From: Xenococcaceae cyanobacterium
Lineage (GTDB): Bacteria > Cyanobacteriota > Cyanobacteriia > Cyanobacteriales > JBFRWF01
Reading direction: 5' to 3'
Assembly (NCBI GenBank): GCA_051439465.1
Contig: JBFRWF010000102.1
Span: forward strand, 1-44,427
Length of the DNA stretch: 44,427 nt
Positions 7,663-15,941 of this stretch are shown piece by piece. The number at the start of each line of letters is the position of its first letter. The stretch's first letter is position 1. A model generated the notes under the pieces. It was not told the origin of the DNA and did no database searches. It saw only the letters and a program-made list of their open reading frames with translations. Both the position numbers and the translations under genes were made by a program.

Positions 7663-8916
7663 TCATTTTTTATTATAATATCGAGCAGCTTGCGACCTAT
7701 TAAAATGAAGTAATTTTTCATCTCCTAGCTGCTTTATCCCTGTAGGTTTGACTGGTTTCACCCCGAGAGAATTTAGTATTTCCCTAGCAACTGCTTTCCC
7801 TAAAAGTGGGGGGACAGAATTTCCGACTTGCCGAAATCCGTGCCATTTGGTAACATGAAATCTAAACCAATCGGGATAGGAGTGTAGCCGCGCTGCTTCC
7901 CGCACAGTAATACAACGCGGTCTTTCTGGATGAATCGGTCTTGGAGAAGTGTAAGCACCGCGATTAGTATCTGTTCCCGCCCTGAGAGTGTTGCATAACC
8001 CTTCGGTAGATAGCCGATAAAATCGACTTGTTTCCTCTCTTTTTCCCGGCTCTGTATGAGAAAATCTTTGAATAGATTGAGGAGTATGTTTTGTTCGCTT
8101 ACTTGAGGTGAGCATACTATAATTGTAATAGCGATCGTAGGAGTAATCATCCTCAAAAGAGTAAAGACCGCGCATTTGTCCAGCATAATAACTTGGGTTT
8201 CCATACTCTGTTATTACCCAGTCTCTTTCCAGTAGTTCTGGGTAATTCTCAACTTCCGGTAGGTCGCCAATTGCTTCCGAAACTGTCGGAGTTATAGGAA
8301 GGGTTAAGCTGTCAGTACTGTTTAAATCTGGTTGAGTCAGAGGTTGGGGATATTTGGGTAAGTTAAGACCTTCTCTACATCCGAGCAGAAATAACCTTTC
8401 CCGGTTCTGAGGGACTCCATAATAAGCAGCATTAAGGACTTGATAGTTCTCCTCGACTTCATAACCGTTGGCTCTAAAAGAGCTGATTATTTCTTTAAGA
8501 AACTGCTGATGTTTTCCGATGGCGATTCCTGGGACATTCTCCATCACAAAGAACTTAGGTTGTAGCTCCAATGCCAAGCGCATGAAGTGAAAGACAAGGG
8601 AATTCAGAGGATCGTCGAGGTGGCGTTTTCCCATCAGGGAAAAGCCCTGACAAGGTGGACCGCCAAAGACAACATCAATCTTGCGATCGCCAATTAAAGA
8701 CAAGTTCCTAATTTCTTCCCCTGTCGTATCAGTAACACTCCTGCACAAAATAGACCAGAAGGGAAAGTTAAACTCATGAGTAGCACAGTGGATCGGATCG
8801 AGTTCCACCGCAGCCAGCACGTTAAACCCTGCTTGTTCAAAGCCGAGAGTCATTCCGCCTGCGCCAGCAAATAAATCTACAGCGATTGGTCTTTTCTTGC
8901 TTTTCCCTCTAGCCAT
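7663..8916 (-). CDS. dcm: DNA (cytosine-5)-methyltransferase. Solitary: no adjacent restriction endonuclease
   Basis: Canonical C5-MTase motifs are present: I (DLFAGAGGMTLGF), IV (GGPPCQGFS), VI (ENV), VIII (QNRERLFLLG), X (GNSVPPLL). The last 9 codons (AARYYNKK) are encoded by a partial copy of the 180-bp repeat head. Confidence 0.9.
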   Translation of the reverse strand: MARGKSKKRPIAVDLFAGAGGMTLGFEQAGFNVLAAVELDPIHCATHEFNFPFWSILCRSVTDTTGEEIRNLSLIGDRKIDVVFGGPPCQGFSLMGKRHLDDPLNSLVFHFMRLALELQPKFFVMENVPGIAIGKHQQFLKEIISSFRANGYEVEENYQVLNAAYYGVPQNRERLFLLGCREGLNLPKYPQPLTQPDLNSTDSLTLPITPTVSEAIGDLPEVENYPELLERDWVITEYGNPSYYAGQMRGLYSFEDDYSYDRYYNYSMLTSSKRTKHTPQSIQRFSHTEPGKREETSRFYRLSTEGLCNTLRAGTDTNRGAYTSPRPIHPERPRCITVREAARLHSYPDWFRFHVTKWHGFRQVGNSVPPLLGKAVAREILNSLGVKPVKPTGIKQLGDEKLLHFNRSQAARYYNKK

Positions 8917-9003
8917 AGCTTGACAATGTTAAATTAGAACAAATGTCCTGAAATATCAGCTCCTTGGTAGGTTTACCTTGTCCTAACGGCGAGAATCTGA
9001 CCA

Positions 9004-9189
9004 GGGATTGGTGATTGGCGATCCGACGCGCAGAAATCTTCGACCGACGCGCAGAAATCTTCGATTTCGAGCATCGTCGAGCATCGTCGAGCATCGCAGT
9101 TATCCGACCCGCAGAAATCTTTGATTTCGAGCATCGCAGTGATTGGGAAGAGGGTAAAGTTATAAGTCCCCAATTCCCAATCACCCCCC
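9004..9189. repeat. Composite repeat block bounded by inverted repeats (gggattggtgattgg ... ccaattcccaatcaccc). It holds direct repeats (cgcagaaatcttcga x2 plus a variant, gagcatcgtc x3)
   Basis: Direct reading of 9004-9189. It sits in the 5' region of the minus-strand C5-MTase (start 8916) and downstream of xthA. Confidence 0.7.
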
Positions 9190-9336
9190 TGAGCGAAAAG
9201 TAGAACGTATGTATTAATCTAACATTGTCAAGATAGTATCTCAAAAAGAATTGATCGGTGTTGCAGGCGATCGGCTCCTGGTTAGTAGTTGCGTTTTACT
9301 GCGAGAAGACAATAAAGTGCAACTACGAACATAAAT

Positions 9337-10125
9337 TTAAAACTCCACGATTACAGGAGCGTGATCGCTGGGTTTGGTAAGTTTTCTTGGCGCTATGTCA
9401 ATCTTACAGCTAGTTGCTCCCTCGTAAAGGTTAGGGGTGAGGTAGTGATGATCAATTCGCCACCCCCGGTTGCGTCTGAAGCCACCAGCGCGATAGTCCC
9501 ACCAACTGAAGTATCCTCCCTCGGAAGTAAACTTACGGAAAGCATCCTTTAAGCCTACCTCTAACACTACCTGTAAAGCTTCCCGTTCAAGGGGAGAAGA
9601 CATGATATGTGTTTCCTTGTCTTTAGGGTCGTAAATATCCTTATCTTCTAAGGCAATGTTAAAATCCCCACAGATACACATTTCTCCTGGTGGTTTGTCC
9701 CTTAGGACTTGCAGATATTCCCGCAGCACTTTCAACCAGCGGAGTTTGTAGTCATATTTATCGCTACCAATAGCGGAGCCGTTGGGAACATAAAGGTTGA
9801 CGATGTGCGCATCCCCAATTATACCAGTGATGACCCGCTTTTGTTCGTCGAAATCCCCCGCCAAGCGATCGCCCACAATTGCTGCAAAGCCAGTGCTGAC
9901 ATTCTCCATTGGTGTGCGACTGAAAATAGCCACGCCGTTGTAAGCTTTTTGTCCAGAAATATAGAGATGATAACCCAGTTGCTCAAAAGGGGTTCTGGGG
10001 AAATCTCGATCTATCACCTTGGTTTCTTGCAAGCAGAGGACATCTACAGGATTATCCTGCAACCAGTCCGCCACCTGCTGCTGGCGAGTGCGAATTGAGT
10101 TAACATTCCAGGTTGCAACTTTCAT
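9337..10125 (-). CDS. xthA: Exodeoxyribonuclease III (AP endonuclease, Xth family)
   Basis: MKVATWNVNSIRTRQQQVADWLQ...VLCLQETKV...NIALEDKDIYDP...PSDHAPVIVEF. These are typical ExoIII/APE1-family motifs over the full 262 aa. Confidence 0.9.
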   Translation of the reverse strand: MKVATWNVNSIRTRQQQVADWLQDNPVDVLCLQETKVIDRDFPRTPFEQLGYHLYISGQKAYNGVAIFSRTPMENVSTGFAAIVGDRLAGDFDEQKRVITGIIGDAHIVNLYVPNGSAIGSDKYDYKLRWLKVLREYLQVLRDKPPGEMCICGDFNIALEDKDIYDPKDKETHIMSSPLEREALQVVLEVGLKDAFRKFTSEGGYFSWWDYRAGGFRRNRGWRIDHHYLTPNLYEGATSCKIDIAPRKLTKPSDHAPVIVEF

Positions 10126-10530
10126 CTTTGATCAAGTGAATTCCGTAGGGTGCGTTAACGGAGTGTAACGCACCGCCTTAGACTGGTGGGTTACTAACCA
10201 GTAAGTAGGTGGACATAAATAAACAGCGTTAACTTGTTTGGTGGGCATTGCCTGGAATGATATCTCGGCTTGAGTTACAAGTTGTTCAGTCTGCCTTGCC
10301 CACCCTACGCTATATTATTCCCACATTCCGCACGTCAAGCTGTAACACGAAAAGTAGTATGACAAGAGAAGAGAAACTAAGTATTTATACTTGGTAAGGA
10401 ATTGTCAGGCACTACGGAGAAGAAGAACTTTTAGAATATTTTAATTATGCCCGTAGTAAGTAATACTTCCACACTGCTGAATTTAGCTATTATTGACCGT
10501 CTTTTATATTCAGGATTTTGCCTACACCCT

Positions 10531-11172
10531 CTAAGTCCATCCGCGCAAACGTTGGTGTACACAAGCTAGATACCACATATAGTCATCGAGCGGGTACCTC
10601 ATCGCCTTAAGGATGTACTCCTGCGATCGCTCTACATCCTCTTCTACTTCATAATACAAGCCGATATACAGATGGCTGTAAAAATTGCCGCGTCTACCTT
10701 CTTGTTTCCCAGCAGCGAGGACATCATCTATGGTACAATTACCCGCATAAAGCTCGTACACACTGCGCATAACGCGCCTTGGATCATTCCTTACCATTAG
10801 CAAAGAATTCCTCGCCTCGGTAACACCCTTAAGACGAGCAATGCACAGATACCGCCACACCGTCTCTTCTACATCTTGAGGGTTTACGCTCAAGTCAATC
10901 TCAAATTGCTTCGCCCCCTCCTCGAATCTCTCTGCATAGTAGTATGACAGCCCACGCTGCCACAGGTAAGGGGTAATGTTTGAAGCTAGTTTTTCTGCTC
11001 TATCGAAATCTTGAATAGACTCATCGATTCTGGCAAGCTTAAAATTGACCATGCCTCGCTGAACGTAAGCCTTTGGGTTGTTGGGTTGAGAGTGGATGAT
11101 GTCGTTCCACCTCAATAATTCAGTTTCCAAGTAAGTTTGATTAGCCATAAGCTTAATCATACATATTATCAC
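10531..11172 (-). CDS. TPR-like helical repeat protein (hypothetical)
   Basis: The 213-aa ORF has TPR-like helical pairs (AYVQRGMVNFKLARIDESIQDFDRAEKL; YYYAERFEEGAKQFEIDL). The true start may be the internal MANQ. Confidence 0.5.
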   Translation of the reverse strand: MIICMIKLMANQTYLETELLRWNDIIHSQPNNPKAYVQRGMVNFKLARIDESIQDFDRAEKLASNITPYLWQRGLSYYYAERFEEGAKQFEIDLSVNPQDVEETVWRYLCIARLKGVTEARNSLLMVRNDPRRVMRSVYELYAGNCTIDDVLAAGKQEGRRGNFYSHLYIGLYYEVEEDVERSQEYILKAMRYPLDDYMWYLACVHQRLRGWT

Positions 11173-11179
11173 TAATTGA

Positions 11180-11437
11180 CTAATTACTAGATCCGGTCTC
11201 TAATTCTGCTTCTAGTTGCTCAATCGTGGGCCAACTTCCTTGTAATTGCTCTGGTAAAGCCTCTCTTAGCTTTTGTGCAAGCACCTCTTGCACAAAGTTC
11301 CATAAATAGGTTTCCCACAAAGGTTTTGTCTTCAACCACTGGGTATAATCTGTAAGGATTGGTTCAAGATTATCACGACAGTATTTTCCTATTCGATTCG
11401 GAACAGTGTTGGATCGCCCTCTATCTCCCGGCAACAA
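11180..11437 (-). CDS. Small hypothetical protein (85 aa)
   Basis: An ORF sits between two same-strand genes. No recognisable domain and there is little to support it. Confidence 0.3.
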   Translation of the reverse strand: MLPGDRGRSNTVPNRIGKYCRDNLEPILTDYTQWLKTKPLWETYLWNFVQEVLAQKLREALPEQLQGSWPTIEQLEAELETGSSN

Positions 11438-11530
11438 AAACCCATGAAAGTAAAAAGCTTTGAAAGCTGATTATAGCTCAACGATACTTTCACTTTCAAA
11501 GCTTCTTATCTCATTCCCCAAGACTTATGC

Positions 11531-13177
11531 TCAAATCTTGCAAGTTAAGCCCCCAGCTTTTTGCGAGAGGCGGAGGTTTTCGCTGTAGTCCACTGGACAG
11601 TCAATCACCGCTGGCACATCCTGTTCCAAAGCAGTTTTCAGTGTCGGAATCAGCTCCGCAGCAGATTCAACTCGGTAACCCTTTAGCCCCATACTTTCAG
11701 AAAACTTGACAAAATCGGGATTGCCAAAATTAACGAAAGCAGACTCGCCAAATTGATTGATTTGCTTCCACTCAATCAAACCATAACCGTTGTCATTAAA
11801 AATCAGCGTCACAAAAGGATTTCCCACTCGCAGAGCGGTTTCTAATTCCTGACAGTTCATCATGAATCCGCCATCCCCAGTTACAGCCACCACCTTTTTA
11901 TCGGGATTAACCAACTTAGCGGCTATAGCACCGGGAATAGCAATTCCCATCGCCGCAAAACCATTGGAAATAATGCAAGTATTGGGACAATCACAATGAT
12001 ATTGACGCGCCATCCACATCTTATGGGCACCCACATCAGAAATAACAATATCCTCTGGTCCGATCACCTGGCGCAGATCGTAAATCAGCTTTTGCGGCTT
12101 AACGGGAAAACCGTCATCATTGGCATAAAGTTCATACTCTTCCCGAATCTGTGGGCGTAATTTTGTGCCTCCTGCGATGGGTTTACCCTGACGATCTGCC
12201 CGTTTGATAATGTCAATCAGAGAGTCTGAAATATCCCCAACCACTTCCACCAGCGGAATATAGCTGCTATCGATTTCTGCTGGTGTCATCCCGATGTGAA
12301 TAATGGGGATATTGCCTTCAGGATTCCACTTTTTCGGGGAATATTCAATCAAATCATAACCAACGGCAATCACCAAGTCACTTTGCTCAAAAGCACAACT
12401 AACATAATCTCGTTGTTGCAGTCCCACTGTCCAAAGGGCGAGGGGATGGGTATAAGGAATCGCGCCCTTACCCATGAAGGTATTCACCACCGGAATACTC
12501 AGCTGCGTGGCAAATTCGTTCAAGACTTCGCTTGCCCCAGCGCGAATCGTCCCATTCCCTGCCAAAATCAGGGGATTTTTTGCCTTGGAAATAGCAACCG
12601 CCGCAGTATTAATACTGCGGAAGGACGCATAGGTTTTTTCCTGCTTATCTTGGTTGAGGGGTTTACCCGCAACTGGCATGGCAGCAATATTTTCGGGCAA
12701 ATCGATGTGAGCTGCCCCTGGTTTCTCGCTTTGAGCGATCTTAAAAGCTTTGCGAATAATTTCCGGGGTATTGCTGGGTCGGACAATCTGCTTGTTCCAT
12801 TTCGTCACCGGGGCAAACATCGCCACTAAGTCTAGGTATTGGTGGGATTCAATGTGCATTCGGTCAGTTCCCACTTGCCCCGTAATTGCCACCAGTGGGG
12901 CACCATCGAGGTTGGCATCGGCAACCCCGGTCATCAAGTTGGTGGCACCGGGACCGAGGGTGGAAAGGCACACCCCAGCTTTCCCCGTCAAACGTCCGTA
13001 GACATCAGCCATGAAAGCTGCACCCTGTTCGTGACGGGTGGTAATAAATTTAATGGAAGAATGTTTGATTGCTTCTAAGACATGCAGGTTTTCTTCCCCT
13101 GGGAGTCCAAAAATATATTCGACTCCCTCATTTTCTAAGCATTGAACCAGTAGTTTGGCTGTATTAAGTTCCCCCAT
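11531..13177 (-). CDS. Thiamine-diphosphate enzyme of the acetolactate-synthase family. Likely the cyanobacterial 2-oxoglutarate decarboxylase of the TCA-cycle shunt
   Basis: ALS/TPP-enzyme fold (GVEYIFGLPGEENL, TTRHEQGAAFMADVYGRLTG, GPGATNL, C-terminal TPP-binding GDGGFMMN...NDNGYG), ~547 aa. It lies directly downstream and co-directional with an SSADH gene. This is the arrangement described for SynPCC7002_A2770/A2771. Start set at MGELNT with a GGGAG RBS. Confidence 0.75.
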   Translation of the reverse strand: MGELNTAKLLVQCLENEGVEYIFGLPGEENLHVLEAIKHSSIKFITTRHEQGAAFMADVYGRLTGKAGVCLSTLGPGATNLMTGVADANLDGAPLVAITGQVGTDRMHIESHQYLDLVAMFAPVTKWNKQIVRPSNTPEIIRKAFKIAQSEKPGAAHIDLPENIAAMPVAGKPLNQDKQEKTYASFRSINTAAVAISKAKNPLILAGNGTIRAGASEVLNEFATQLSIPVVNTFMGKGAIPYTHPLALWTVGLQQRDYVSCAFEQSDLVIAVGYDLIEYSPKKWNPEGNIPIIHIGMTPAEIDSSYIPLVEVVGDISDSLIDIIKRADRQGKPIAGGTKLRPQIREEYELYANDDGFPVKPQKLIYDLRQVIGPEDIVISDVGAHKMWMARQYHCDCPNTCIISNGFAAMGIAIPGAIAAKLVNPDKKVVAVTGDGGFMMNCQELETALRVGNPFVTLIFNDNGYGLIEWKQINQFGESAFVNFGNPDFVKFSESMGLKGYRVESAAELIPTLKTALEQDVPAVIDCPVDYSENLRLSQKAGGLTCKI

Positions 13178-13336
13178 AACCATCTCCCGCAACAGTTATT
13201 TTTGTTCGCAGTCCGTTGTCCCCGATCTTTTCCAGAGGACTAGCCCAGTTGAGAACGTAACCTCTGGGCAAGGGAAAGGAGGGCTTCATTTCCAATGTAG
13301 CCTTTCTAATCCTGTGATTGCACCTAATGATGGCGA

Positions 13337-14707
13337 TTATTTCACCCAGACAGTTTTGATATTGACAAATTCGTGAATCCCTTGAATTCCCAATTCTCGT
13401 CCGTATCCAGAACGCTTGATTCCCCCAAAGGGTAGACGGGGGTCAGATTTGACTAAGCCATTGATAAAGACGGCACCGGCTTCGAGTTCGTTAATCAAGC
13501 GATCGCTTTCTGCTTGGTTATTCGTCCAAGCACTCGCCCCCAGCCCAAAGGGGGTGTCATTGGCTAACTCAATTGCCCGATCAATATTTGCCACCCGGAA
13601 CATTAATGCCACTGGGCCGAAAAATTCTTCTTTTTCGGCGGGAGAACCAGAGGGAATATCTGTCAGAATTGTGGGTGGATAGAAGTTACCAGCAGGACCT
13701 TCTGACAAGGGTTTTCCCCCGATTAGAACTTTCCCCCCCATCGAGACAGTCTCTCGTACTTGTTGGTCTAGATCTGCGAGAATGGCTGGAGTTGCCAAAG
13801 GACCGATATCCGTGTCTTCTTCCATCGGATCGCCAACTTTCAGAGCTTGGAATTTGGCAAGGAGTTGTTTTTCAAATTGAGCGGCCACGGCATCGACGAC
13901 AATAAACCGTTTTGCGGCAATACAGGATTGACCATTATTCAACATCCGGGCAGTTACAGCGGTGGCTGCGGCTTCTTCTAAATCAGCACTTTCTAAGACA
14001 ATAAAGGGGTCACTCCCGCCTAATTCCAGAACCGTTTTCTTAATTTGTTTCCCCGCAGCAGCGGCTAAACTTGCTCCAGCAGGTTCACTTCCGGTGAGGG
14101 TGGCGGCTTTAACCCGATCGTCCTTAATAATCGATTCAACTCGATCTGCGCCAATCAGTAAGGTCTGAAAAACCCCTTCAGGAAATCCCGCTTCCTTAAG
14201 GATTTCTTCCACTGCTAGGGCGCACTGGGGGACATTGGAGGCGTGTTTGAGTAAGCCCACATTCCCTGCCATCAGTGCGGGTGCAGCAAAGCGGAATACC
14301 TGCCAGAAGGGAAAGTTCCAGGGCATGACCGCTAAAATAACGCCAAAAGGCTGGTAGCGGACGAAGCTGCGACTGGCATCGGTGGAGGCTGGCACATCTG
14401 CCAGGAATTCGGGGGCGTGCTCGGCGTAGTAGCGGCATACCCAGGCGCATTTTTTCGCTTCCGCGATCGCGCTTTTGATGGGTTTGCCCATTTCTGTGGT
14501 CATTATCTTGCCAAACTTAACCCGATCTCGCTCTAAAATCTCCGCTGCTTGATTCAGCCATTGGCTTTTTTGCGCCATTGAGGTTTGGCGGTATTGCTCA
14601 AAACTCGATGCTGCCAGTGCTAGCTTGACTTCGATTTCCTCACTGGTAAGCGGTTCAAATTTCTTTAGTGTTTCTCCTGTTGCTGGGTTGACTGTAGCGA
14701 TACCCAT
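13337..14707 (-). CDS. gabD: Succinate-semialdehyde dehydrogenase (NAD(P)+), aldehyde dehydrogenase superfamily
   Basis: ALDH motifs are present (ELGGSDP region with catalytic Cys in NNGQSCIAAKRF, FPFWQVFRFAAPALMAGN, TLTGSEPAG). Overall similarity is to the Sad/YneI/GabD type. Start chosen at the second Met, after a GGAGGGG RBS. Confidence 0.85.
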   Translation of the reverse strand: MGIATVNPATGETLKKFEPLTSEEIEVKLALAASSFEQYRQTSMAQKSQWLNQAAEILERDRVKFGKIMTTEMGKPIKSAIAEAKKCAWVCRYYAEHAPEFLADVPASTDASRSFVRYQPFGVILAVMPWNFPFWQVFRFAAPALMAGNVGLLKHASNVPQCALAVEEILKEAGFPEGVFQTLLIGADRVESIIKDDRVKAATLTGSEPAGASLAAAAGKQIKKTVLELGGSDPFIVLESADLEEAAATAVTARMLNNGQSCIAAKRFIVVDAVAAQFEKQLLAKFQALKVGDPMEEDTDIGPLATPAILADLDQQVRETVSMGGKVLIGGKPLSEGPAGNFYPPTILTDIPSGSPAEKEEFFGPVALMFRVANIDRAIELANDTPFGLGASAWTNNQAESDRLINELEAGAVFINGLVKSDPRLPFGGIKRSGYGRELGIQGIHEFVNIKTVWVK

Positions 14708-14835
14708 TTCCCCTCCTATCCCCAATCTTCGGGGCTAGCTATTCTATTCCTAGTCTAGTCCCCGAGTCACTGCCAAAACTCTTTATTAGACAATATTTAA
14801 TAGTAAACAAGACCTGCTACATAAGAACTATCAGG

Positions 14836-15573
14836 CTAATTGCTGATGTTGTCATGATTCTTTTTGTGCTTTAACATAAAATTCGCACCCAAAGCACCGA
14901 ATGCCAATAGAACCAATACAGAAGTAGGTTCAGGAATTTTCTGGGCTGTGAAAAGCCAGTCGGATGCATATATGTGCTGAGTTGTACTAGATGTAGGATG
15001 ATTACTATCTACAGGTCCGCCATGATTTAGCCAGCCCCAGCCAGAGGTTTCTGCACCCCGATGTTTGCCACCGAATCTAAAGGAGAAATTTTTATTACCG
15101 CTGAAATCTACTAGATCGTAAGTTAACCCACCGAAGGCGTTAGTCGATATTGTCCCGCTGTTCGTGCTTGAGTGTGGTGATAGATTGACAATCCCATTAT
15201 CCTTACTATCTTTCGTCACGTTTTGGTATAGGAAGTTGATATTCCAGATGGCTGTCGTACTCGGCTTGTAATCATTTCTGTCATCCTCTCCACCGAACGC
15301 TGTTCCGTGGATGCGGATGGTGCCGTCGTCTTTATATTCTAGGAACATCTGTGACTCTGGGCGATCGAAATCAAAGGTATATTCTTCCCTTGTGTTACCA
15401 GTAAGTAGCCCGTCGAGGCGCAGACCATAGAGAGGTGGTCTCACACCACCATCAGGATGATTGTGGAGTCGGTATGTCCCAAATCCAATCCCTTGAGCTG
15501 AGGTAGCAGAAAAAATGAGTGAAGTCCCTGCAATTACGCCAGCATAGGTTAAGGTATTCTTCAATTTCACCAC
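14836..15573 (-). CDS. PEP-CTERM sorting-signal protein (secreted/cell-surface)
   Basis: N-terminal signal peptide (MVKLKNTLTYAGVIAGTSLIFSATSAQG). C-terminal PEP-CTERM motif IPEPTSVLVLLAFGALGANFMLKHKK (PEP, TM helix, basic tail). Confidence 0.75.
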   Translation of the reverse strand: MVKLKNTLTYAGVIAGTSLIFSATSAQGIGFGTYRLHNHPDGGVRPPLYGLRLDGLLTGNTREEYTFDFDRPESQMFLEYKDDGTIRIHGTAFGGEDDRNDYKPSTTAIWNINFLYQNVTKDSKDNGIVNLSPHSSTNSGTISTNAFGGLTYDLVDFSGNKNFSFRFGGKHRGAETSGWGWLNHGGPVDSNHPTSSTTQHIYASDWLFTAQKIPEPTSVLVLLAFGALGANFMLKHKKNHDNISN

Positions 15574-15680
15574 CCACCTGTTTCAAGACGACTCGAACTA
15601 AGTATGATACTTAGCCAGATTACAATTATACAGATATTTTTTCAGCAAATCTACCTAAGTGTAAATATCTTTACAACGGA

Positions 15681-15709
15681 TCAGGCAACAGGCAACAGGC
15701 AACAGGCAA
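15681..15709. repeat. Heptamer tandem repeat (GGCAACA)x4
   Basis: ggcaacaggcaacaggcaacaggcaacag read directly. Confidence 0.8.
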
Positions 15710-15721
15710 CAGTAAAGCATT

Positions 15722-15918
15722 GAGGCTGTTTACATTTCTTAACTCAGGTGACAAAATTTATATCCGACTACTTAGCGATCGCAAACTTGAATGTCAGTAG
15801 CTGGACATAAATTCTGTTAACTGTGTTAAGAACTGTGAAGACACTGAATCCCCTTCTGTTCCCTGATCCGAAGTTCCCTTGTCTCAATAGTTAACTTTAA
15901 TTTTGTCCTACTACTTAG
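15722..15918. repeat. MITE-family composite repeat (second copy of the 4080-4222 modules, rearranged, plus a TIR-like module)
   Basis: gaggctgtttacatttcttaactcaggtgacaaaatttatatccgactacttag is near-identical to 4170-4222. agtagctggacataaatt...tgttaactgtgttaag matches the internal part of the 33986-34116 element. The 15-mer module at 15850-15880 is inverted relative to 4082-4113. Confidence 0.65.
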
Positions 15919-15941
15919 AATAAACAACAAGTGCCATTCAC

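Noticed and set aside
8909-9244. Minus-strand 111-aa ORF and overlapping small ORFs across the 9004-9189 repeat block
   Set aside because: The ORFs are made of repeat units (RRCSKSKISA repeated). There is no coding signature, so the region is better explained as a non-coding repeat element.
12296-13078. Several plus-strand ORFs (177, 83, 79 aa) inside the 2-oxoglutarate decarboxylase gene
   Set aside because: They are antisense to a well-supported, motif-rich CDS and have no domains. These are typical shadow ORFs.
14726-14835. Candidate NtcA site (GTA-N8-TAC) upstream of the SSADH/2-OGDC operon
   Set aside because: The only GTA...TAC pair in the region (gtagcaggtcttgtttac) has a 12-nt spacer, not the canonical 8, so no call was made.
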